From a virus: a stretch of DNA of 64,000 nucleotides. Below the pieces are notes generated by a model that saw only the letters and a program-made list of their open reading frames with translations, did not search any database and was not told the DNA's origin. The stretch is taken from IMG/VR virus record IMGVR_UViG_3300042888_002665. One strand, given 5' to 3'. Positions 27,949 through 36,310 of this stretch are shown in pieces (within the stretch, counting starts at the first letter, position 1; the number at the start of each line of letters is the position of its first letter). The translations under genes were made by a program, and so were the position numbers.

Positions 27949-29742
27949 TTAAAAGTTGTTATATCCTGTTAATTTTATTGTTTCTGTATTTAAGTTAATT
28001 CCCAACTGAGATCCGCTAGTTGATGCAGCATCTGTTGCAGAAGTAATTTTAATAAATGAATTAATATCTAATCCGCTTACTAATGTGCTGAATTTCAATT
28101 TAAATGGAATCGCAGCACCTTTAATTGGAGTTTTTAACTTTTGATCAATTGCTCCGAATTTAACTTTACCTGTTGCCGAGTTAGCAAATACATACCACTC
28201 GTTAGGTACTTCTGAAGCCATTGATTCGAACTTAACTTTGCTTGGATCGTATGCGAATTCAAACTGTAGAGCCGCTACTTCATTTCCGTTTGTATTAACT
28301 GCAACTGGTATTTCAATTGAATTTGAAGTTACTGTTACGTTTTTAATATTAACATCAATAGCAGGAACAGATTGAGGAGTATTAATAAATCCTATAGTTC
28401 TATTCATTATAGCTTTATTAGCAATACTTTTATTTAATGATACTACTGCATTTGTTTTTATGACACCACCAACAACTACTTGAGATGAATGTGAACGATT
28501 TATATCACCAGGAAGTACATATTTTACATTAATTGTTAATGGTGTTCCTGGGGTAGCTGGAGTAGTGTATTCATAAGCACGCTGTGCATTAGTAGGTAAA
28601 GTAGTAAATACGTTAGATGGAGTAGCAGCGTCAAATTCCGTAGCTTTAAACGTAGGTAAACTCATCCACCCATTAGACCCAACTGTATATCCTTCTGGTA
28701 ATACGATTAATTGATTTACACCAACTGCTTGTGCATATAATTTAGTTAAATCACCACCATCAAATCCGTTTGATCTGTTAACATCTACCGCCCAATATCC
28801 CATACCAGTTATAATACTAGTATTTTTATATGTTCTATCTAGATTTTGAGATACAAATTCTGATTGTGCTGTTGTATAATCAGATACCGATACTGCTGAA
28901 TTCATTATAGCTGGTAATTGATCCATATTAGCCATTACCATAATTTGATAAGCGGTATTTGCAGTCAATAATGAATCTACAATATTTACTGTACCATTTG
29001 CAGTTACATTAAACATTGGTCCAGTATTATCAGCTTTCTTAAATAATACTTTAACGTGAGTTGGATTAATATTTCCATTTAAATCCAATACTGCTTTAAC
29101 GAATTTCTTAGCGTCTGGGTTTTGTGTAATTACTGTAGTTAATGGAATTTCGTTTACCGCAGCGCCTGATGAACCATTTTGGTTAAATGATGCTGCAAAG
29201 TTCATTTTAATTGGATCCCATGCATCACCTACTGCTGTTGTTTTTAATCTAAAACGCAATTTCAATAAATCACCATAAGTATTATAAGGTAGTGGTGAAT
29301 TTGATGCCCAGTTTAAATAAACACGAATAATTGTTTTAGGACCACCTTGAGTAAAACTGTATCCCGCACTGTTGTAATTTTGATTACCATTAGGGGATGT
29401 GTTATTACCATTTCCAGCAAATGAATAACCTGGATATGTGTAATTATCCATTGTAATACTAGCACCTGTAGGTAATACACCACCATTTCCACCTGTTCCA
29501 GTGTGCCCAACACTTACAAAATCAAATGCAGCGTTATTGAATTCAAAATCGAAATACAATGAACGAGAAGTTGTATTTCCATTACCATTTAATTGGACAT
29601 TGACGATGAATTCATCACCTTTATCAATTACTCCACCAGCAATATCTACCTTAGTAGAGTCATCAGCTAACCTAATTTTTGGTTCTTGCGCAAACGCGGT
29701 TAAACTTACTAATGATAATAGTAAGAATAATAATTTTTTCAT
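27949..29742 (-). CDS. exported protein with two cohesin-like domains and a dockerin/EF-hand-like motif
   Basis: EFIVNVQL...SLYFDFEFNN and SIEIPVAV...ALQFEFAYDPSKVKF; DVNRSNGFDGGD; GDINRS. Confidence 0.7.
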   Translation of the reverse strand: MKKLLFLLLSLVSLTAFAQEPKIRLADDSTKVDIAGGVIDKGDEFIVNVQLNGNGNTTSRSLYFDFEFNNAAFDFVSVGHTGTGGNGGVLPTGASITMDNYTYPGYSFAGNGNNTSPNGNQNYNSAGYSFTQGGPKTIIRVYLNWASNSPLPYNTYGDLLKLRFRLKTTAVGDAWDPIKMNFAASFNQNGSSGAAVNEIPLTTVITQNPDAKKFVKAVLDLNGNINPTHVKVLFKKADNTGPMFNVTANGTVNIVDSLLTANTAYQIMVMANMDQLPAIMNSAVSVSDYTTAQSEFVSQNLDRTYKNTSIITGMGYWAVDVNRSNGFDGGDLTKLYAQAVGVNQLIVLPEGYTVGSNGWMSLPTFKATEFDAATPSNVFTTLPTNAQRAYEYTTPATPGTPLTINVKYVLPGDINRSHSSQVVVGGVIKTNAVVSLNKSIANKAIMNRTIGFINTPQSVPAIDVNIKNVTVTSNSIEIPVAVNTNGNEVAALQFEFAYDPSKVKFESMASEVPNEWYVFANSATGKVKFGAIDQKLKTPIKGAAIPFKLKFSTLVSGLDINSFIKITSATDAASTSGSQLGINLNTETIKLTGYNNF

Positions 29743-30251
29743 ATTTTGTCTAATAATTTAGTAGTTAATGAAACCGATGCTTTCTTCAATGCATTACTTA
29801 ATGACGTTTGATTAAAACCACCAGCTTCAGAAATTACTAAAGTAGACATTGATATCTCACTTGATTTTTCTGTTGTTGTTTTTGTTTTGACGACTTTATC
29901 GCCCTTTAATAATTTACCCACCATACTAATAACGACGGATTGTTTATCTTGATGCATTATACCTATACTTACATTTGATTGTTCAACATCTAAAAATACG
30001 ATGTCGATTTGTACTGAATAATCAGCAGCTTCTTTAGTAGGTACTAATGAATAATTTTCGGATAATAGTTCTTCAACTATATTTTTAACACCAAATGCTA
30101 AATTGCGGTTTCCTGCTAATTTACCAATTTGTATTTTATTTTCTACATTATGTAGAAATAACTTAGGAGTTTGCGCTTGGCTAATGAATGATGCCAAAAC
30201 CAATATTAATATAGCAATTACTTTCTTCATAGATAGAACTAGTTCCCCCAT
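29739..30251 (-). CDS. exported alpha/beta protein (CsgG/LptE-like fold possible)
   Basis: signal peptide; FGVKNIVEELL; LSNALKKAS..L C-terminal helix similar to the CsgG-like ORF. Confidence 0.5.
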   Translation of the reverse strand: MGELVLSMKKVIAILILVLASFISQAQTPKLFLHNVENKIQIGKLAGNRNLAFGVKNIVEELLSENYSLVPTKEAADYSVQIDIVFLDVEQSNVSIGIMHQDKQSVVISMVGKLLKGDKVVKTKTTTEKSSEISMSTLVISEAGGFNQTSLSNALKKASVSLTTKLLDKI

Positions 30252-30383
30252 AAATATAGTATATACTACAAAGCCAAATTTGAATATTATAGGCGTAGTG
30301 TGGATTTTTCAACGAACATTATGGCAATTTGTCGTTTTCGTAGAAGTGTTATATACGTATTATCGAACAAAATATAAAATAAA

Positions 30384-30545
30384 ATGCCATTATTAGCAAT
30401 CTCATTATTAATTAGTACATTATTTAGCGTAGTTTTAGTCAAATTTGACAATACTGAGCGGAAATCAAAACAACCCATCTCTAACCGCAGACATACTGGT
30501 GGAAGAAACGGGTTGTTAAATATTAATAAAGAAGTAATAGATTAG
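30384..30545 (+). CDS. possible small membrane protein (53 aa), the only plausible plus-strand gene
   Basis: MPLLAISLLISTLFSVVLVKF...; sits in a gap between minus-strand genes with an A-rich upstream region. Confidence 0.3.
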   Translation: MPLLAISLLISTLFSVVLVKFDNTERKSKQPISNRRHTGGRNGLLNINKEVID

Positions 30546-30559
30546 TAAAAACGTTATAC

Positions 30560-30907
30560 CTATAATGTTATAGGTTCTATTTTAATGCGCTCTAATGAAT
30601 CTTTTTCAATGATTTGTTTTAGCGCTTTAATTTTCTTCTTAGTTTGAGTAAGATCTTTTTTATGTTGGATTAATTTATCATCAGTTTTTTTCTCTTTAAA
30701 CCAACTAGCGGCAAAATCAGTTTTTTCTGTTTTATTTGCTTCATCCCATATTTTACGATATTCAAGTGCTTTAATTTCAGCATTGAGTTTCTGCTCCATA
30801 CCTAATTCAGTACCTAATTTTTGTCTGTAAAATGTCATGTCTTGACTAGGCATCGGACCTCCAACGGCTAATCCCAGCATTATAAGTAATTCTTTTAAAT
30901 CTAGCAT
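30560..30907 (-). CDS. hypothetical protein (N-terminal hydrophobic segment, coiled coil)
   Basis: ORF track; Lys/Glu-rich helices. Confidence 0.6.
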   Translation of the reverse strand: MLDLKELLIMLGLAVGGPMPSQDMTFYRQKLGTELGMEQKLNAEIKALEYRKIWDEANKTEKTDFAASWFKEKKTDDKLIQHKKDLTQTKKKIKALKQIIEKDSLERIKIEPITL

Positions 30908-30910
30908 AAC

Positions 30911-31042
30911 TTATCCTTTTAGTAATTGTTTTTTATTATCGTTGCACTCACATCTACATTTAGGGCAATCAAATGCTAATAGAGTACAAATACATCCTAA
31001 ACCAAATCCAGCCAATGAGGCAATTGCAATTGTTGTTATCAT
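30911..31042 (-). CDS. small Cys-rich membrane protein (43 aa, not in ORF track)
   Basis: MITTIAIASLAGFGLGCICTLLAFDCPKCRCEC...; ATATTTAT just upstream. Confidence 0.5.
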   Translation of the reverse strand: MITTIAIASLAGFGLGCICTLLAFDCPKCRCECNDNKKQLLKG

Positions 31043-31057
31043 AATAATAAATATTTG

Positions 31058-31129
31058 TAGCCCCAACGGGAATCGAACCCGTGACTCATCCGTGAAAGGG
31101 ACGTGACTTAACCGCTTGTCGATAGGGCC
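31058..31129 (-). tRNA. tRNA-Glu (UUC)
   Basis: cloverleaf; anticodon arm CGTCC-CTTTCAC-GGATG; GGTTCGATTCC. Confidence 0.92.
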
Positions 31130-31136
31130 ATTACTG

Positions 31137-31209
31137 AGCTTCCGGTCGGGGTCGAACCAACGGCCTGCTGATTACAAGTCAGCTGCTCTACCATCTGAGC
31201 TACGGAAGC
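31137..31209 (-). tRNA. tRNA-Thr (UGU)
   Basis: GCTTCCG/CGGAAGC acceptor; CTGA-CTTGTAA-TCAG. Confidence 0.93.
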
Positions 31210-31212
31210 AAT

Positions 31213-31318
31213 TTAGGAAAGTAGAAGATGGGTGCGTGGACATCTACTTTTATGATTGGCATTTCTAACCGATCGTACCCGCCCTTCCTACAGTTAAAGG
31301 ATACATCCCAATCAACCT
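31213..31318 (-). ncRNA. putative structured RNA between tRNA-Ser and tRNA-Thr
   Basis: TAGGAAG/TTTCCTA closing stem, hairpin AAAGTAGATG/CATCT-TCTACTTT, TGATTGG/CCAATCA pairing. Confidence 0.4.
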
Positions 31319-31321
31319 ATG

Positions 31322-31406
31322 AGGAGAGTGAGGGATTCGAACCCCCGGTCCTGTTACAGACAATAGTTTTCAAGACTACCTCGTTCGACCGCTCTGACAA
31401 CTCTCC
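31322..31406 (-). tRNA. tRNA-Ser (UGA)
   Basis: GGAGAGT/ACTCTCC; TAGT-CTTGAAA-ACTA; long variable arm. Confidence 0.92.
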
Positions 31407-31446
31407 TTACATAATAAACATAATCAGGAAATCTTTTATTTCCTAG

Positions 31447-31521
31447 AGTTGAGTGCTGGATTCGAACCAGCGATTTTGTCGTTTTGCAAACGAGTGCGTT
31501 TGGCCACTCCGCCAACTCAAC
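31447..31521 (-). tRNA. tRNA-Cys (GCA)
   Basis: GTTGAGT/ACTCAAC, U73 discriminator; TCGT-TTGCAAA-ACGA. Confidence 0.9.
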
Positions 31522-31526
31522 TTATG

Positions 31527-31597
31527 CACGTCCTAAAGGATTCGAACCTTTATCATCGCTTTTGGAGAGCGGTATGCTACCATTGCACCAAGGACAT
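31527..31597 (-). tRNA. tRNA-Trp (CCA)
   Basis: ATGTCCT/AGGACGT, G73; CGCT-CTCCAAA-AGCG. Confidence 0.88.
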
Positions 31598-31601
31598 AAA
31601 T

Positions 31602-31628
31602 AAAAAACCCCTAACTTGTGATTAGGGG
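31602..31628 (-). terminator. intrinsic terminator (attenuator) directly upstream of the tRNA array
   Basis: CCCCTAA-TCACAAG-TTAGGGG followed by T6. Confidence 0.85.
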
Positions 31629-31657
31629 CCGATTTAATATATTATACGTTATCTATA

Positions 31658-31720
31658 CTATACCCCTATCCTAGCTGTTTCCTGCCAAGTCGAATTACAA
31701 TATGTAGATGTTGTTTTCAT
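31658..31720 (-). CDS. putative leader peptide MKTTSTYCNSTWQETARIGV (20 aa)
   Basis: ATG 5 nt after an ATATTTAT motif; its last codons (ATAGGGG) are complementary to the terminator 5' arm. Confidence 0.65.
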   Translation of the reverse strand: MKTTSTYCNSTWQETARIGV

Positions 31721-31740
31721 TTCGTATAAATATATTTACT

Positions 31741-31944
31741 CTAATCTTTCTGTAATTCTTGTTTTAATTTTTCTAGGTATAAAATACCATCCATTAATTC
31801 ATCTTGGGCGTGATTAATCCAATCAACTTTCTCTAAATCAGTACGATCTAAATCAGTACCGTATTTTTGGTTTCCCATACGAGCTCTACGCTCAAATTTA
31901 GCAATAATACTTGCTACTACTGTGTCTACTTTAAATTGATCCAT
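31741..31944 (-). CDS. conserved small phage protein
   Basis: RARMGNQKYGTDLDRTDL...WINHAQDELMDGILYLEK. Confidence 0.75.
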   Translation of the reverse strand: MDQFKVDTVVASIIAKFERRARMGNQKYGTDLDRTDLEKVDWINHAQDELMDGILYLEKLKQELQKD

Positions 31945-32173
31945 TGTGTCCTATAACTTGTTCTAATGATTTATAATTCATTTCTTCACCATGATAAAAT
32001 CCTAATTTGATATTATTATTATTGTCTTTAATAATTTCACTAAAACCATATCCTTCACATATAATTCTAATACCATAATTTGGTTTTAATTTATTTGCCT
32101 CTTCAATAATATCAAAATCCCACGGCATTTCGGGATCATAACTTTCACACCATTGTTTTGAAAAATCAGCCAT
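31931..32173 (-). CDS. hypothetical protein
   Basis: ORF downstream of a promoter motif. Confidence 0.6.
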   Translation of the reverse strand: MADFSKQWCESYDPEMPWDFDIIEEANKLKPNYGIRIICEGYGFSEIIKDNNNNIKLGFYHGEEMNYKSLEQVIGHNGSI

Positions 32174-32223
32174 AACTTTTATTTTTCCTAAATGTAATTA
32201 AGAAATACTTAAGAAACAAACTA

Positions 32224-32847
32224 TTATTTAAATGTAAATCCAGTTAATTTCTCTATTTGTGCTAATGGAACTTCGTTATTTTGAAATCCATCTGATGGGG
32301 ATAAGTCATTATTAAATAGATATGCATGCCATTTACCTGCTACCTGAACTACTTTCCAACATTGTGTAGGAACTGATACTAGACCAATTTTCTTTGCCTC
32401 ACCAATTGAACCACTCCATACTCTTACTTTTGAACTAATAGCGGCCCAATTTCTAGTTGCAGTTTCTAATGATTTCCAATCACCAGCATTTAATCTATGT
32501 GTTTGTGCTACCATGTTTGAATAATAGAAACACTCATCTTGTATTGCTTGTGTTTGGCAAAGATTATCAGCTGCAGGCATTACGTGTCCTCTATCGTATC
32601 CACTTTTTACATAATAAACCGCAATATTAGTTTCATCTACTAATTGTGGATCTGGTTTAAAATTGTCTTTACGTTTTAAAGGTGTTAGACAGCCTACCAT
32701 TGCTTTTGTTGTTTCCCATTGTACTAATACTGGGTATCTTTTTGATTTACTGAAATGTGTTGTATAGTTTGTGTGTTTGATTACTACAATGTCTTGTGCT
32801 GTTAAACCAAATGATGCGAGTAATAATAGTAATAATAATTTTTTCAT
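32224..32847 (-). CDS. DNA/RNA non-specific endonuclease (NucA/Serratia family), exported
   Basis: signal peptide; GYDRGHVMPAAD, FYYSNMVAQ...LNAG.W..LE. Confidence 0.92.
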   Translation of the reverse strand: MKKLLLLLLLASFGLTAQDIVVIKHTNYTTHFSKSKRYPVLVQWETTKAMVGCLTPLKRKDNFKPDPQLVDETNIAVYYVKSGYDRGHVMPAADNLCQTQAIQDECFYYSNMVAQTHRLNAGDWKSLETATRNWAAISSKVRVWSGSIGEAKKIGLVSVPTQCWKVVQVAGKWHAYLFNNDLSPSDGFQNNEVPLAQIEKLTGFTFK

Positions 32848-32851
32848 AGTT

Positions 32852-33910
32852 TTATTTAAAATAATTTGCCCAGATTTTACGTGTTTTATCTGTATATGAT
32901 TTTAATAAACATTTATTCATATAAACATTCACACGTGGGTAATTATACGTATCACATAAAGTACTAAAGATGTCATTTGTATTGGTTTGGCGTGTTGTAA
33001 ACCAATGACTAGCCCAAGGTATTTCAGGTGATGCTACTAATGGTACACCTTGTGAAATGATATCAGCAGCTACAATATTGAATGTTTCGTTAAATGATAC
33101 TTGCATTCCAATATCCATTTTAGAGCATAATTCTAAAAATTCATCACGTGATGCCCACTTATGAATTACTAATTTATGTCCCTTATTTTCTAATTGTTCA
33201 AATAAAGCAACTAAATTATTAAATATAGGTTCGCCTTTTTGCTCCAATCTGAAGTTGATGTGGAAATTAAGTTTCTTACCAATCTTATCAGCTAATCCAA
33301 TAGCAGCTATTGCCTGTATTAAATGATTTTTTAATGGGCGAACAGCACCAAAGCAAGCTATATTGATAGTATCTTTTGATTTATCTAACTTTTTAGATTT
33401 ATAGTCTTGAGGATAATAATTAGGTAAGAATATTACTCGTTGTTTTTGTAATTTTTTATCCCAATCGTTTTTATGTCCCAAATAGAATTGGATATCTTTA
33501 GTTGTTTGAGGGGAATTACAAGCTACAACTACATTATCATACTTGCTATAATTACCTAACCAATCCATTGCCATTCCTTCATTTGCTAAAAATGGCACTT
33601 CACTATGTAAACGAATTACCCATTTAACGTTTGGATGTAATTTAACTAATACATCAAATTTGGATGGAACTACCCATAGCGCTTCAATAATAACGTATGT
33701 TGGTTTGAATTCTGTTACTTCACGATCAATATCGTTGTTATCAGTTACAACCACCATTTTAGATTCAATGTGATCTTTCTTTAGCATCTCATCCATAAAG
33801 AGAGCTGAATTGTACAGGCCAGTGCTTAATCCTACATGGGAATATTGTTCAGCACCATAATTTTCGTTGCGTTTTAAAATAAAGAGTACTTTATTTTTGT
33901 TGGGTTTCAT
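32852..33910 (-). CDS. GT-B glycosyltransferase (GT4-like)
   Basis: CFGAVRPLKNHL, SFNETFNIVAAD. Confidence 0.7.
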   Translation of the reverse strand: MKPNKNKVLFILKRNENYGAEQYSHVGLSTGLYNSALFMDEMLKKDHIESKMVVVTDNNDIDREVTEFKPTYVIIEALWVVPSKFDVLVKLHPNVKWVIRLHSEVPFLANEGMAMDWLGNYSKYDNVVVACNSPQTTKDIQFYLGHKNDWDKKLQKQRVIFLPNYYPQDYKSKKLDKSKDTINIACFGAVRPLKNHLIQAIAAIGLADKIGKKLNFHINFRLEQKGEPIFNNLVALFEQLENKGHKLVIHKWASRDEFLELCSKMDIGMQVSFNETFNIVAADIISQGVPLVASPEIPWASHWFTTRQTNTNDIFSTLCDTYNYPRVNVYMNKCLLKSYTDKTRKIWANYFK

Positions 33911-33985
33911 AAAAGTTTTAGATAGACATTATTGTATATATATAAATATCAATTTTATCTTTTATGTAAATTAACTTAATTATTA

Positions 33986-34576
33986 CTACTTTGAATAATG
34001 TATATTAGCTAATACAAATTTAGCAAATTTACGATGTCCTGATGCTTTCAAATGTATCCCATCACCAGAATCTGAACGATCTATAGTAGTATCTACTGGA
34101 ATGATATCACATCTCATTAATTGATTGTTTAATCTTGCTTGTAAATTAGCATATCTTGTTCTAGCACGGAACATTGTTACTTCTGGATATGGTCCGTTTG
34201 TAAGTATTTTATGAGGTGAGTATCCTAATACAACTACAACTGGAATATCATAGTAGATACATTCATCTACCATATTTTGAATGTTATTTACTACTTTAGA
34301 TAGGGGCACACTTGAGAAAGCATCATTTGCTCCACCATAGATTACTACCATCTCATAATCTGAATAAGTTAAAAGTTGATTATGTAGTGTTTTATACATC
34401 CAATCTGTACGTTTTCCTACAGACGATAAATTTACATACTCACGTCCTAATCCTTTAGCAAATTGATGTTGCCATCCACCTGAATAACATGTTAATGAGT
34501 CTCCTATAAACAATATTCGTTTTGGCTTAGTAAACGAAGGAAACAATAAAGCCAATAATAAAACTAAATACTTCAT
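33986..34576 (-). CDS. SGNH/GDSL esterase
   Basis: FIGDSLT, G, YGGANDA, DGIHLKASGH blocks. Confidence 0.92.
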   Translation of the reverse strand: MKYLVLLLALLFPSFTKPKRILFIGDSLTCYSGGWQHQFAKGLGREYVNLSSVGKRTDWMYKTLHNQLLTYSDYEMVVIYGGANDAFSSVPLSKVVNNIQNMVDECIYYDIPVVVVLGYSPHKILTNGPYPEVTMFRARTRYANLQARLNNQLMRCDIIPVDTTIDRSDSGDGIHLKASGHRKFAKFVLANIHYSK

Positions 34577-34658
34577 AACTAATATATTTTTGATGATTTA
34601 TACAATATGTAAACAAATATGAATATCCCAACAACTACTCCTATTTTATATATCATAA

Positions 34659-35693
34659 TTAATTCGATAATGGTGCTTTAATTCCTGAATGTGATTCGTA
34701 TCCGATTAATTCGAAGCAGTCTGGGCGATATGATAATATTTTGTCGCTGAATGTTTTTGGCCCTAATCGTTCTTTAACTAACTCATGTTGGTACCAATTA
34801 CGTTCAGTAATGTTTACTTTTGGTAATGAAAATGGTTTACGTAATATTTGCATTTTAGCTTGCTCGATATGGTTTGAATATAAATGAACATCACCTAAAT
34901 TACCGATTAATTCATCAGGTACCATATTTACTTCTTTAGCTAATATTTCAAGTAATAAGGCGTATGAAGCAATATTAAATGGTAATCCTAAAAATGTATC
35001 TACTGAACGTTGATTCCACATCAATGAAAGATATTTACCTTCTCTAACATAACATTGAAATCCATAATGACATGGTGGTAATGTCATTTGGTCTAATTCT
35101 GCTACATTCCAAGCAGATACCATTAATCGTCTGCTATCTGGATTAGTTCTAAGTGAATAAACTAATTGTAGTATTTGATCATACCACAATGAACCTTTTT
35201 CATTACCATTCATATCCATCCAACCTTGCCATTGTCTCCATTGCTTACCATAGATTGGTCCTAAATCACCCCATTTCTTTGCAAACTCATTATCGGTTTT
35301 TATTTTGTTGATAAACTCCTCTTGTATAAAATTACATGCTTCATATTTTGAAGGAGATTTATATTCATTAGAACTAAATGTACCATCACCTGGTATGGCT
35401 TTACTCCATTCGGTATAATACCTTTTATAGCAATCACCATCCCAAATGTGGCAATCATAATCTAATAGGAATTTGATGTTAGTATCCCCACGCAAAAACC
35501 ATAACAATTCAGTTACGATTGATTTCCACGCCATCTTTTTAGTAGTTAGTAATGGAAATCCATCAGACATTTTATGGCGAATCTGTCTACCAAATACTGA
35601 TATAGTACCAGTACCAGTTCTATCAGATTTTTCTACACCGTTATCTAAAATGTCTTGTAATAATGCTTGATAATGTTTGTCTATGTTATTCAT
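34659..35693 (-). CDS. thyA: thymidylate synthase
   Basis: DRTGTGT, FPLLTTKK, LPPCHY, NQRSVDTFLGLPFN. Confidence 0.97.
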   Translation of the reverse strand: MNNIDKHYQALLQDILDNGVEKSDRTGTGTISVFGRQIRHKMSDGFPLLTTKKMAWKSIVTELLWFLRGDTNIKFLLDYDCHIWDGDCYKRYYTEWSKAIPGDGTFSSNEYKSPSKYEACNFIQEEFINKIKTDNEFAKKWGDLGPIYGKQWRQWQGWMDMNGNEKGSLWYDQILQLVYSLRTNPDSRRLMVSAWNVAELDQMTLPPCHYGFQCYVREGKYLSLMWNQRSVDTFLGLPFNIASYALLLEILAKEVNMVPDELIGNLGDVHLYSNHIEQAKMQILRKPFSLPKVNITERNWYQHELVKERLGPKTFSDKILSYRPDCFELIGYESHSGIKAPLSN

Positions 35694-36310
35694 TAGTGAA
35701 TTTTTGGGAATAAAACTGTGTCCATGAAATATTTAGCGCATTCTTCACCTAATTTAGCTTTTAATACATTATATGTACGCTCATTTTTAGATTGTTGTTC
35801 GCAATAATAATTTTGTGCTTCAACTACTAATTTAGGATCAGCAAATAAACCTACTGTTTCAGTATACGACTCAAATAAATCAGTTGCTTCGTTACATAAT
35901 CGAACCATTTCTTCAGTACCTGGTCTGATTGCTACAGCATGTTCAGAAAATATATTATTAGCCCATTCAGGTAATGGGTATGGTGTTTTAAACTCGTAAT
36001 TAATAAATTTATCAGGTGAATAAGTAACTGGAGATAAATCTATGAATGCAGCTAGTGGTTTTTCATTAGTGCATATAATATCAAATCCAAATATTGGATC
36101 TGCAAAATTCAACTGTGGAAATGCTGTAAAATGTAATACTTCTAATGCTCTATCACTATAGCGTTCAATATGAGCAATACGAAATGAATCAGAAACATAT
36201 CGGGTATTTTCCCACCCGAAATCTTCTGTTTCGATTTCAAATCCATTATCTTCAATCAGAATATTTTCTAAAATATTAGCTGTTTGATCCAGTATTATTT
36301 TGTAATTCAT
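35693..36310 (-). CDS. ferredoxin-dependent bilin reductase (PcyA/PcyX-like)
   Basis: FRIAHIE, LEVLHFTAFP, PIFGFDI, AAFIDLSP align by eye to PcyA H-L-E76, H88, D105 segments. Confidence 0.85.
   Translation of the reverse strand: MNYKIILDQTANILENILIEDNGFEIETEDFGWENTRYVSDSFRIAHIERYSDRALEVLHFTAFPQLNFADPIFGFDIICTNEKPLAAFIDLSPVTYSPDKFINYEFKTPYPLPEWANNIFSEHAVAIRPGTEEMVRLCNEATDLFESYTETVGLFADPKLVVEAQNYYCEQQSKNERTYNVLKAKLGEECAKYFMDTVLFPKIH

Noticed and set aside
31213-31318. Definite theta/HDV-like ribozyme call based on the TCCACGC loop
   Set aside because: The required nested P1/P2/P3 double pseudoknot and J4/2 catalytic C could not be assembled by eye; left as an unassigned RNA.
31228-31446. 72-aa plus-strand ORF and 6516-6707 / 6992-7204 ORFs
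   Set aside because: They overlap tRNA genes or lie in alternate frames of better-supported features.
34659-35693. Intein or intron in the longer-than-E. coli thyA
   Set aside because: The insert is short, in frame and falls in the known variable small-domain region; no intein or homing-endonuclease motifs. PolB, NrdA and the helicase also look uninterrupted.
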